From assembly GCA_964404325.1 (NCBI GenBank), contig CAYOJQ010000003.1, positions 64,857 through 128,856 of the forward strand: a DNA stretch of 64,000 nt. The letters run 5' to 3'. A program made the translations under genes and the position numbers. The notes below the pieces were generated by a model. That model was not told where the DNA came from, searched no databases, and saw nothing but the letters and a program-made list of their open reading frames with translations. The stretch is from an uncultured Oligoflexales bacterium. GTDB taxonomy: Bacteria > Bdellovibrionota_B > Oligoflexia > Oligoflexales > Oligoflexaceae. Shown one piece after another: positions 19,405-28,435 of the stretch (positions are counted from its first letter, which is position 1; each line of letters begins with the position of its first letter).

Positions 19405-20385
19405 GTGAGTGTGGATCGTAACTTAGCCCTCGAATTTGTACGCGTCACAGAAGCAGCGGCTCTTTCGGCAGGACGTTGGATTGGTCGTGGACAAGAGAAA
19501 GCCGCGGACGCCGCCGCTGTTGAATCCATGCGTTCCGCCTTTGATTCCATTCAAATTGACGCTCGTATTGTGATTGGCGAGGGCGAAAGAGACGAAGCGC
19601 CCATGCTCTACATCGGTGAAAAAGTGGGTCGCGGCAGCGGGCCGAAAATTGACATCGCCTGTGATCCTCTCGAGGGAACCACCATCACGGCGAAAGGTGG
19701 TAGCGAAGCACTCGCCGTTATCGCCGCCGCTGAAGAAGGAAACTTCCTGCACGCTCCTGACACATACATGCAAAAGATTGCCGTCGGTCCCGCGGCGCGC
19801 GGTGTGATCGACCTCAACGAAACGGTGACGTGGAACCTCAAACGCGTCGCTAAAGCCTTAAACAAAGATATCCAAGATATGACTGTGATGATCCTTGATC
19901 GTGATCGTCATAAGGCCATCATTGAAGAAGTGCGTGATGTGGGTGCTTGTATCCGTTTGATCGGTGACGGCGATGTTTCCGCCGCGATTGCCACCGCGCG
20001 TGAAGAAACAGGCGTTGATATGTTGGTGGGTTCAGGTGGAGCGCCAGAAGGCGTGATCGCGGCGGCGGCTTTACGCTGCTTGGGCGGTGAACTCCAGGGG
20101 CGATTGATCTTTCGCACCGAGGATGAAAAAGAACGCGCGCGTAAGATGGGTATTAAGGACTTTGACCGCGTCTATTCCCATGAAGATTTGGCCCGCGGCA
20201 ATGTGATGTTCGTGGCGACAGGTGTTACTAACGGAAGTTACCTCAACGGTGTGCGTTACTTTGGTGGGGGAGCTCGTACTCACTCCATCGTGATGCGTTC
20301 TGAGTCGGGGACCATCCGTGAGATTAAGTCCTTGCACCGCTTCGATCGTAAGCCCAACTTTCAGGGTTGGACGCCGCGTCCATGA
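19405..20385 (+). CDS. glpX: Fructose-1,6-bisphosphatase class II
   Basis: LALEFVRVTEAAALSAGRWIGRG, VIGEGERDEAPMLYIGE and DPLEGTT are hallmark GlpX segments. The true start may be the GTG at 19411, just after the AAGGAG. Confidence 0.93.
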   Translation: MSVDRNLALEFVRVTEAAALSAGRWIGRGQEKAADAAAVESMRSAFDSIQIDARIVIGEGERDEAPMLYIGEKVGRGSGPKIDIACDPLEGTTITAKGGSEALAVIAAAEEGNFLHAPDTYMQKIAVGPAARGVIDLNETVTWNLKRVAKALNKDIQDMTVMILDRDRHKAIIEEVRDVGACIRLIGDGDVSAAIATAREETGVDMLVGSGGAPEGVIAAAALRCLGGELQGRLIFRTEDEKERARKMGIKDFDRVYSHEDLARGNVMFVATGVTNGSYLNGVRYFGGGARTHSIVMRSESGTIREIKSLHRFDRKPNFQGWTPRP

Positions 20386-20420
20386 GTATGATTTAAGTAA
20401 ATTTGGCATTTTTGCTGACA

Positions 20421-20449
20421 GCGGCTGGTTTTTTCCAGCCGCTTTTTTG
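20421..20449 (+). terminator. Rho-independent terminator after glpX
   Basis: gcggctgg tttttt ccagccgc followed by TTTTTTG. Confidence 0.85.
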
Positions 20450-20549
20450 TTAATAACCTCATTCAGTTACAGCCCCTTCTTATTATTTTGAACACCTTTC
20501 CCGATAAGTTTTTAGGTTCTCTACAAGTCACTGGTTAGGATTTATTTGA

Positions 20550-21308
20550 ATGCTTTTGCTGGCACGTCCAACATTGCTGGGAATGCTGAGTTTGGCCCTC
20601 TTATGGGGCGCGGCAGCCTGTTCTGATGGAAGCATGCCTTCTGAGCGTCATCGTTTTACGCAAGGCCGCGGGGGTGTGCAGAACCCCAGCACGAGTGTTG
20701 ATCCTCGCGATGGCGATAGCACCCCCGTTGATGGGTCAACGAATACTCCGAAACCTCCGAAGACACCAAAGCCTCAGGACCCTCCGACAACACCACCACC
20801 GGTTGATACGGCTGGTGATGCCGCCGTTGAATCTGGCAGCGGCAACATTCAAAGTCTTGATCCCGTGGATGTCTATTGTTCCGCAAAAACGGTTTCTTAT
20901 AACGACGGCTTGCACTTCGAAAACTCACAGCGCGTGACGCTGCGTTTTTATGATGGAAAAAGCTCTCTCTATACTTGGAAGGGTTTTCTAAATACCGCGG
21001 CTCTGCGTGATACCTACGCCGCGAGTAAAGTATTGCAGGTGCCAACATTCACGGGCGGCAATTTACCCGACGGTATGTACGACGTCTTGATTTGTGAGAA
21101 GGACAAGCTCAGTTCTTGTCTTGTGAACTTTAAGAATATCTTCGAATTCACACCCTACGAAGCCGTCTACTATGGCAAAGCTTCAGGCCTTATCGGCACC
21201 ATTGCTCGCGCGAAAATGGTGAACGGCCGTTTTGAATCTTTTGCGAAATTATCGCTCGTTCATTCAAACACACCAACCGTGGGTAACTGCACAACCGAGC
21301 ATGAATAA
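20550..21308 (+). CDS. Hypothetical lipoprotein with a P/T-rich linker
   Basis: Lipobox LLWGAAAC, a linker TPKPPKTPKPQDPPTTPPPV, then a globular C-terminal domain with 4 Cys. No family recognised. Confidence 0.55.
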   Translation: MLLLARPTLLGMLSLALLWGAAACSDGSMPSERHRFTQGRGGVQNPSTSVDPRDGDSTPVDGSTNTPKPPKTPKPQDPPTTPPPVDTAGDAAVESGSGNIQSLDPVDVYCSAKTVSYNDGLHFENSQRVTLRFYDGKSSLYTWKGFLNTAALRDTYAASKVLQVPTFTGGNLPDGMYDVLICEKDKLSSCLVNFKNIFEFTPYEAVYYGKASGLIGTIARAKMVNGRFESFAKLSLVHSNTPTVGNCTTEHE

Positions 21309-21313
21309 GCCTC

Positions 21314-21366
21314 GTCATCCTGAGTGAAACGAAGGATCTCAAGGTGACGAAAAGCTCAAGATGACG
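21314..21366. repeat. Copy of the GTCATCCTGAG...GAAGGATC motif plus partner half-sites, forming an imperfect hairpin between convergent genes
   Basis: gtcatcctgagtgaaacgaaggatc (21314-21338) is followed by ctcaaggtgacg and ctcaagatgacg. These are near reverse complements of cgtcatcctgag. Confidence 0.7.
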
Positions 21367-21375
21367 GTGTTGGCC

Positions 21376-21723
21376 TTATTTGAGATCCGTGTATTTCGTG
21401 GCGACGCCACGAGATTTTTCGACCGGGTACTTAAGACGGTTTTTGGCGAGTTTTTGCGTCGCGGCGTCGAGAGGATCGATGCCAAGGCGCGCGGCTAAGT
21501 TGAGCAAACAAATCATGACGTCGCCAATCTCATCGCGGACGGCGTCCTGCTGCTCGGGACGTAGGCTCTTACTTTCTTCCGCTGTTAACCATTGAAAATT
21601 TTCAAGGAGCTCCGCCGCCTCCGTCGTCACGGCGATGGCGAGATTTTTTGGCGCGTGAAATTTTTCCCATTCGCGTTCCTGACAAAACTGCAGGATCGAC
21701 TGCGTTAATTCCTGAACGGTCAT
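21376..21723 (-). CDS. MazG-like nucleotide pyrophosphohydrolase (DCTPP1/YpjD-like)
   Basis: FCQEREWEKFHAPKNLAIAVTTEAAELLENFQW...EIGDVMICLLNLAARLGIDP shows the EExxE...ExxD four-helix MazG signature. Its ATG overlaps the upstream stop (ATGA). Confidence 0.85.
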   Translation of the reverse strand: MTVQELTQSILQFCQEREWEKFHAPKNLAIAVTTEAAELLENFQWLTAEESKSLRPEQQDAVRDEIGDVMICLLNLAARLGIDPLDAATQKLAKNRLKYPVEKSRGVATKYTDLK

Positions 21724-22730
21724 GGACGATCCTTTCGCGGTCGGAACTTTTTCTTTGGTCCGGATCCGGGGCGAGGGCGTTCTTGATCACGCTCGCGCTC
21801 ACGGGACTTGTGGGCTTTCTTCACAAGTTTCCGATCCCATTTGTCTTGATTCTCCTGCACCGCTTTTCCAAGGCGATCCGGTGTGATCACTTCGCCCGGA
21901 TTCGCTCGTGCCGCGGCCCGGAAGTAGTGCGATAGGGAGCCCGCGCTCTCATGCTTTTGCGCGCTTTCCGCGGAGCTCACTTTTTTCATGACGAAAAGGT
22001 AGTTAAATCCGCGGAGGAAATAATTTCCTTCAATGGCGGAGGTGTGCCAATGATTTCGTTTGAGCTTCTTGTTGTAGCGAGTCACGGCGATGATATCGAC
22101 GGGTTCAAACAGGCGACTCATGCGCAAAAATAACTCGAAACCGATGGGGCAAAATGGTTTTCCCTTGGCGAAGGAATCCGACACATAGAGTGCGAGGTAT
22201 TTGTCGTCTCTTAGAACGCGATAAAGCTCCGCGATCACTTCTTCCATGGCTTCGTAATAGCCACCGCCACGCGCATCCAGTTCACCAATACATTTTGGAT
22301 CGCCTGAATATTTGACGTGCGTTGAGTACGGCGGATCGATGAAAACAAAATCGATGCTTTCATCTTTGAGAGGAAGCTTGCGTGCGTCCGCTTTTTTGAT
22401 TTCCGGACGAGACGGAGAAATATCAAAACCAACAGCTTCCCGCTTAAGGTCTTTACACACATCCAGCGTGGTACCACTGCCGCACATGGGATCGAGCACG
22501 GTTTCGCTTGGCTTGGTGTAGCGCTGCAAAAGGTTCCAGATCACATAGGATGGTGTGACGCCCGTGTACTCTTGGTCGCCTTGTGTTTCCGCGCCGTAGT
22601 GCTGTGAGGGGAAGTCCCACATCGTGGTGGTTTGCACCAGCGGCTGCGGCTGCTTCATGGTTGCCGCTGATTGCTGTCGCACACCCTGTTTTTGTCGGGA
22701 AAATTTTTGATCTTTATGAGGCGGCCTCAT
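21720..22730 (-). CDS. SAM-dependent nucleic-acid methyltransferase with a DPPY motif and a very basic C-terminal tail (DNA versus RNA target unresolved)
   Basis: Motif I VLDPMCGSGTTLDV comes about 45 aa before motif IV DFVFIDPPYS. That order is gamma-like or Trm11/UPF0020-like, not the PF01555 beta order. The tail is KKAHKSRERERDQERPRPGSGPKKKFRPRKDRP. The true start is the ATG at 22730, overlapping the rluA stop (ATGA). The 433-aa track ORF is a 5' over-extension. Confidence 0.75.
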   Translation of the reverse strand: MRPPHKDQKFSRQKQGVRQQSAATMKQPQPLVQTTTMWDFPSQHYGAETQGDQEYTGVTPSYVIWNLLQRYTKPSETVLDPMCGSGTTLDVCKDLKREAVGFDISPSRPEIKKADARKLPLKDESIDFVFIDPPYSTHVKYSGDPKCIGELDARGGGYYEAMEEVIAELYRVLRDDKYLALYVSDSFAKGKPFCPIGFELFLRMSRLFEPVDIIAVTRYNKKLKRNHWHTSAIEGNYFLRGFNYLFVMKKVSSAESAQKHESAGSLSHYFRAAARANPGEVITPDRLGKAVQENQDKWDRKLVKKAHKSRERERDQERPRPGSGPKKKFRPRKDRP

Positions 22731-23440
22731 GGTGTGTCCTTTTTTTGTTCTGTGGCGCGGGGCCATTCGCCGCGCCAAATCTCTTTCCAGTAAGGTGGGA
22801 AAGGCGCCGTGATTTGCAAAGGGGCGTTTCCAACCGGGTGTTTTAAATGCAGGTGCCAGGCGTGCAGTGCAATCCGCCCATCCCATGCGCTGGAGGCGCC
22901 GTATTTCACATCGCCAAAAATGGGTGTGCCCATGGCCGCGAGCTGCACGCGGATCTGATGGCTGCGCCCTGTCTCGGGCTTGACGAGCAGAAACGATCGC
23001 CCATCCGCCACCGCGAGGCATTCGTAAGAGAGGCGGCTTAATTTGGCATCGGGATGACGCGCGTGACTCACGCGGGTTTCATTCTGTCCGCGATCCTTTA
23101 CCAACCAATGCTCCAGTGTACCGCGAGGCTCGGCTGGAATACCCTCAACAATGGCCGCGTAGTGCTTGCCAATGGACCGGTCACGGAACTGGCTGTTCAG
23201 ACGCGCCGCCGCTTTGCTGCTGAGAGCGAACACAATCACACCTGAAACGGGTCGATCCAAAAAATGGATCGGCACACAGTAGCCTTTGCGGCCCTCTTGT
23301 TGCCGCTCGCTGTTCCATTCTCTTACGGCAGTAAGCAGCGTTTCGTCACCACTATCGTCCGAACCGACCCCGATGCGGGCAGGCTTGTTAACGGCGATAA
23401 GGTGACGGTCGGCGAATAGAATTTCTAAGGAAGATTGCAT
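22727..23440 (-). CDS. RluA-family pseudouridine synthase
   Basis: LIAVNKPA, the catalytic-Asp motif HFLDRPVSGVIVFA (HRLDxxTSG-type), KHYAAIVEG and LVKPETGRSHQIRVQLA are all present. Confidence 0.85.
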   Translation of the reverse strand: MQSSLEILFADRHLIAVNKPARIGVGSDDSGDETLLTAVREWNSERQQEGRKGYCVPIHFLDRPVSGVIVFALSSKAAARLNSQFRDRSIGKHYAAIVEGIPAEPRGTLEHWLVKDRGQNETRVSHARHPDAKLSRLSYECLAVADGRSFLLVKPETGRSHQIRVQLAAMGTPIFGDVKYGASSAWDGRIALHAWHLHLKHPVGNAPLQITAPFPPYWKEIWRGEWPRATEQKKDTP

Positions 23441-23506
23441 ATTTAGGTAATTCCGCCCCTACTGGGAACGCATACTTACGCAATGTACCGACGAAGTGCA
23501 AGCTGA

Positions 23507-23681
23507 GATCCTTCGCTGCGCTCAGGATGACGGGTTAGGCTAGGAACGGTGGTTAGGCTAGGAACGGTGGTTAGGTTAGGAACGGTGGTTAGGCTAGGAA
23601 CGGTGGGCATGCCTCATCCTGAGCGCAAGCATGCGTCATCCTGAGCGCAAGCATGCGTCATCCTGAGCGCAGCGAAGGATC
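23507..23681. repeat. Composite repeat element: perfect 25-bp terminal inverted repeats enclosing two different tandem arrays
   Basis: The left arm gatccttcgctgcgctcaggatgac (23507-23531) is the exact reverse complement of the right arm gtcatcctgagcgcagcgaaggatc (23657-23681). Inside are four copies of an 18-bp unit, ggttaggctaggaacggt (23533-23604, one with a C>T change). They are followed by three copies of a 22-bp unit, gcatgc(c/g)tcatcctgagcgca(a/g) (23607-23672). Confidence 0.95.
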
Positions 23682-23743
23682 TGGTTTGGCAGTGAGGTTG
23701 CACCCGCAGTTTTTAAGAAGCGTTAACAAGGAGGTGCGACAAA

Positions 23744-24634
23744 ATGTCTGAAGGGAATCAAGATCCGAAAAAGTCTGAGCCAAGGCCGCCTTTTGTCCGG
23801 CAACACCTGGAGAAGCCAGGCCTTGAAGACGAGCTGTCACCACGCCCACGTTTCCAAGCGCCTTTCTACCACGAGGCTGGGAAGCTAAAAGATAAGATCG
23901 CTCTTATTACAGGAGGCGATTCGGGAATCGGACGCGCCGTTGCGGTCCTGTTTGCCCGCGAGGGGGCCAATGTGGCGATTATGTATCTTCCCGAGGAAGA
24001 ATCCGACGCTCATGAAACATTGCAGCAGATCGAGGCGGTGCATCGCCAAGGCTTGGGCCTCTCCGGTGATGTGAGCAACCCTGATTTCTGTGAGCGGGCG
24101 GTGCGGCAGGTGGTGGCCGAAATGGGAGGGCTAGATATATTGGTAAACAACGCGGCTTATCAGCAGCATGTGGCTCAAGTGGAAGATCTCACCGTCGCGC
24201 AGTGGCTGCATACGTTTCACACGAATATCGATGGCTACTTTTACATGGTGCGCGCCGCATTGCCGCATCTTAAGGAGGGGGCTTGCATTATCAATACGGG
24301 CTCGATAACCGGACTGGAGGGGAGCGGAAAGCTACTGGATTACGCGGCGACAAAAGGAGCGATCCATGCCTTTACAAAGTCCTTGGCGAAAAATCTTGTG
24401 GACCGCGGCATTCGCGTCAACTGCGTGGCCCCTGGCCCGGTCTGGACGCCGCTCAATCCCGCTGATCGACCCGCGGATGAAGTCGCGCAATTTGGGAGCG
24501 ACACACCGTACGGGCGTCCGGCGCAGCCGGAGGAAATTGCTCCCGCATATGTTTTTTTCGCATCGGCCGCGGACTCTAGTTACATCACGGGTGAGGTACT
24601 CACGTTGTTGGGGGGCGAGACAACCGCTGCTTAA
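23744..24634 (+). CDS. Short-chain dehydrogenase/reductase (YdaD/YhxC general-stress-type)
   Basis: AAGGAGG RBS. TGGDSGIGRAVA (TGxxxGIG), NNAA, and a YxxxK region (YAATKGAIHAFTKSLA). Confidence 0.9.
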   Translation: MSEGNQDPKKSEPRPPFVRQHLEKPGLEDELSPRPRFQAPFYHEAGKLKDKIALITGGDSGIGRAVAVLFAREGANVAIMYLPEEESDAHETLQQIEAVHRQGLGLSGDVSNPDFCERAVRQVVAEMGGLDILVNNAAYQQHVAQVEDLTVAQWLHTFHTNIDGYFYMVRAALPHLKEGACIINTGSITGLEGSGKLLDYAATKGAIHAFTKSLAKNLVDRGIRVNCVAPGPVWTPLNPADRPADEVAQFGSDTPYGRPAQPEEIAPAYVFFASAADSSYITGEVLTLLGGETTAA

Positions 24635-24643
24635 AATAAAAAA

Positions 24644-24675
24644 AGCCAGGTCGTGAGAACCTGGCTTTTTATTTT
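24644..24675. terminator. Bidirectional rho-independent terminator between the SDR and PLD genes
   Basis: agccaggt cgtgaga acctggct is flanked by an A-run upstream and TTTTTATTTT downstream. Confidence 0.85.
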
Positions 24676-24689
24676 AGAAAAGATATCTT

Positions 24690-26003
24690 TTACATGGTCA
24701 TTGCTTGAGCCTCGATATCATCTTCTCCCGGATCCTGAGACGCGGGTGTGGTTATTGGCGCGGGAATCTTTCCTTCTTTTTGGTCAACGAGACGATCTTT
24801 CGTGCAATCCAAGTTGGCTTTCAAATCTTCATTTCCAGTGCTGTTCAAGTCTTTCATGAGGATTTGTTTTACCTTCTGCACCCATTCAGGTTTTTGCAAG
24901 AAGAGGCCGAATTCACGGTTCGATTCGGTCGAGCGCGTGGAACCATTGATGGAACCAATCCAAAGTCGCGATTCATCCACCATGTAAACCTTGGCATGCA
25001 TGTAAGCTTTTTTGCCGTTAATGCGGTTTTCTTCAGTGAAGAAGCGCATGTTCACACCGGCTTGTAAAAGCGGGTTGTAGGCGTTCTCAAGGTTGAGTTT
25101 TGTCATGGGTTTCGGATAACGAGAAAACGCGCATGTGCTCGCCATGGTGGCTTCGACTTTAACGCCTCGTTGTGCCGCCTTTTGAATCGCGGCGTTAATC
25201 TCTGGTTCTTTCAAATACTGTGCTTGGATGGCGATGGATCGCTGCGCGCCGTTGATAAAGTTAATCAGGTTTTGTTCCGCCACGGGGCTAACTGTTAACT
25301 TCGCTTTCACGCCGGGTGTGAGAAGTTGATCGAGATCATACGGCGTGCTGGCAAAATCGCGCTCAAAAATGTTGTGCAGAGCCATGATGACGTCACTGTC
25401 TTTGGTGACAACAGAATAGTCGCGGTTACATTTTGATGGATTTGCCGCTTCGTTACAGAAACTCGAACTGTTGAAGTTACCCGTGCTGATCAGCGCCGCT
25501 TTTCTGTCAACGAGCAGCAATTTACCGTGCTGGTAACAGTTTCTCTGATTGTTGCCGCACAATTCTTTGTTGAACGGAACAACCTTTACGCCATTGGCGG
25601 TAAGTTCGTTGATGATGTTACGCCGCTTGTTACACGCTTCGCTCGTATTCGATGTTTCGAAAGAGTTACACACGCCGACAGGTGCTGGCTCAATCACAAT
25701 GCGTGTTGGCACACCTCGTTTTGAGGCGGCGATAAGAGCGGATCGCACTGTCGGATCGTTAATCTCGTAAATCTCGATGTCGATACTTGATTGGGCGCTT
25801 TCAATCATACGTAGAACGGGAGATCCATCCTGCGCATGGTCATAGACTCCTTCCGTTAGCGCGGCGCCGGGGCTCGATTGTTTGGGAGCAAAACCACTAA
25901 ATCCAGATTTTTCTTGGGGGGGAGATGAGCCGCAACTTATTTGGCTCAATAGAAAAGGCACAAAGGCCCACTTCAAGAGATGACGCATGTTCAACCTCAG
26001 CAT
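24690..26003 (-). CDS. Secreted (lipoprotein) phospholipase D superfamily protein with two HKD motifs
   Basis: Lipobox LLSQISC. HKD 1 is YQHGKLLLVDRKAALISTGNFN and HKD 2 is YMHAKVYMVDESRLWIGSINGS. Confidence 0.85.
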   Translation of the reverse strand: MLRLNMRHLLKWAFVPFLLSQISCGSSPPQEKSGFSGFAPKQSSPGAALTEGVYDHAQDGSPVLRMIESAQSSIDIEIYEINDPTVRSALIAASKRGVPTRIVIEPAPVGVCNSFETSNTSEACNKRRNIINELTANGVKVVPFNKELCGNNQRNCYQHGKLLLVDRKAALISTGNFNSSSFCNEAANPSKCNRDYSVVTKDSDVIMALHNIFERDFASTPYDLDQLLTPGVKAKLTVSPVAEQNLINFINGAQRSIAIQAQYLKEPEINAAIQKAAQRGVKVEATMASTCAFSRYPKPMTKLNLENAYNPLLQAGVNMRFFTEENRINGKKAYMHAKVYMVDESRLWIGSINGSTRSTESNREFGLFLQKPEWVQKVKQILMKDLNSTGNEDLKANLDCTKDRLVDQKEGKIPAPITTPASQDPGEDDIEAQAMTM

Positions 26004-26306
26004 TTAGAGAAACAACAGGACAGCAAGGAAAATGTTTGGTGCGAGGACCGGCCGGACGGCACCGAAGGGGGAGAATATAATAAAATTATAAAATAACAAC
26101 GCGTATTTTAATAAATCTTTAAAATCGCCATAGTGTGTGGCGCTTTTAAAAAATTCCCCTAAGAGTCAGGTGCTTAAGGTTATGTGCGTGAAAGTATTTG
26201 AATACGAGGGAATACGAAGATTTTGGGGAAAGTCTCCTTATATCAATGAGATATACCGATAAGTGGGCGTTGGTATTTGAAAGGATCACGTTTGTAAGGA
26301 GTTCTC

Positions 26307-26801
26307 ATGAAGCGATGGCATATGGCGTTGGTGATTGCTTGGAGCTGGGCCTCGATGTCGGCCTGCGATAGCGGAAAATTTTGGGGGGATTCTCCCAAGG
26401 CTGGGGAAAGCCACATCATCGTAGACAGTGACGATGAGGCCAATAGCCTCTTAGGAAAAGGGGAGCCAGGTAAAGGGGACAAAGACCCAGGCAAGCCACA
26501 AGACAATAAAGGTGGCGACCATGGCAAGGATAACCCCAGCCAAAACCCAGGACAGAACCCAGGGCAAAATCCGGGGCAGAATCCTGGTCAAAACCCAGGG
26601 CAGGGCCCAGGACACTCAAAGCCTCTTCATGTCGGTTACGACATGCAGGGAAAATATGTTTCCTGCAATATCCCGCCAAAAGATCTGGCTTGCACGGAAG
26701 TGTTCACGCCGGGAGATCAATACGCGATTGATTGCGCAAAGGCTGGTGGCAAGGCCCTGATGTGCGGCTGCCATTCATATCTTTGTAGCAAGAAACTCTA
26801 G
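26307..26801 (+). CDS. Small secreted/lipoprotein with an (NPGQ)n tether and a Cys-rich C-terminal domain
   Basis: AAGGAG RBS. Signal/lipobox WSWASMSAC, then QNPGQNPGQNPGQNPGQNPGQGPG. The C-terminal 65 aa carry 6 Cys, including CGCHSYLC. Confidence 0.6.
   Translation: MKRWHMALVIAWSWASMSACDSGKFWGDSPKAGESHIIVDSDDEANSLLGKGEPGKGDKDPGKPQDNKGGDHGKDNPSQNPGQNPGQNPGQNPGQNPGQGPGHSKPLHVGYDMQGKYVSCNIPPKDLACTEVFTPGDQYAIDCAKAGGKALMCGCHSYLCSKKL
26541..26606 (+). repeat. Tandem 12-bp units encoding (QNPG)n
   Basis: caaaacccagga cagaacccaggg caaaatccgggg cagaatcctggt caaaacccaggg cagggcccagga. The copies are degenerate at wobble positions. Confidence 0.9.
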
Positions 26802-27055
26802 GTAGATGGTTGGATCACTTAAAAGGGCGCCGGAAGAATCCGACGCCCTATTTTTTGTTTGTTGCTGCTGATTACATCCATCAGGTTTTTCGCCAGAAGG
26901 TGAACCACCACTGGATGCATCCAGTGGTTTTTGTGGCTCATCTACACACGCGCTTCAAGCTGCGGAGCGCGTTTTCAAGGGGCTGAAAAGGGTTAACCAG
27001 ACGGTGGTTTGATGTTAGCGTATCAGGACATATCCGAACGGAGTTGAGGAGTTAA

Positions 27056-28168
<1,113 letters not shown>

Positions 28169-28287
28169 GCCTTCTGGGGGGCGTAAAAGGATTTGGCAAT
28201 CAGCCATCCCGATAAGCCCCCGCTTCATCGATTCTTTAAAAATCAAAACGTTCTGCAAGGTTGCTCGTTGTAAAGTTTTCTAACAGG

Positions 28288-28351
28288 TGTCAGGATTTTT
28301 GACACTCTGCCGCTGGCTGTGCAGCCAGATAACTTGTCAATTTTTTTGACA
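28288..28351. promoter_or_regulatory. Two TGTCA-N7-TGACA palindromes spaced 47 bp centre-to-centre, upstream of the glucosaminidase gene (candidate operators)
   Basis: tgtcaggatttttgaca (28288-28304) and tgtcaatttttttgaca (28335-28351). Both have T-rich spacers of identical length. Confidence 0.35.
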
Positions 28352-28435
28352 AGCATGAGGTTTAGACAGAGGCGCACGCCGCTTGCTCTTGTCATCACGT
28401 CGGCACTTGAGTCGACGCTGAAGTGGAGAAAGTTT

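Noticed and set aside
20561-20581. A sigma-54-like TGGCAC...TTGC (tggcacgtccaacattgct), and TTGGCATTTTTGC at 20403.
   Set aside because: The GG-to-GC spacing is wrong in both (15 and 9 nt instead of 12). The first is inside a coding region.
22731-23021. The 5' extension of the methyltransferase ORF (track 21720..23021).
   Set aside because: It overlaps the 3' end of the rluA-family gene out of frame. The ATG at 22730 forms an ATGA junction with the rluA stop.
23533-23672. The tandem repeats at 23.5 kb as a CRISPR array.
   Set aside because: The repeat units are directly contiguous (18-mers, then 22-mers) with no unique spacers. No cas genes are in the window and the array is only about 140 bp.
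23658-23849. A 63-aa minus-strand ORF overlapping the repeat element and the SDR start.
   Set aside because: It is composed largely of the repeat sequence and is antisense to a well-supported SDR gene start with a strong RBS.
25926-25932. A G7/C7 homopolymer just after the lipobox codons of the PLD gene, as a slipped-strand phase-variation switch. There is a similar G7 at 45384-45390 in the protease gene.
   Set aside because: Seven bases is at the low end for contingency loci. There is no evidence of length heterogeneity, and such runs are expected by chance in Pro/Gly codons.
26815-26935. A small ORF, MVGSLKRAPEESDALFFVCCC, and a possible sRNA between two hairpin/T-run structures after gene 26307..26801.
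   Set aside because: The ORF spans the terminator hairpin and has no RBS. The two hairpins are adequately explained as tandem or bidirectional terminators. There is no further supporting signal.
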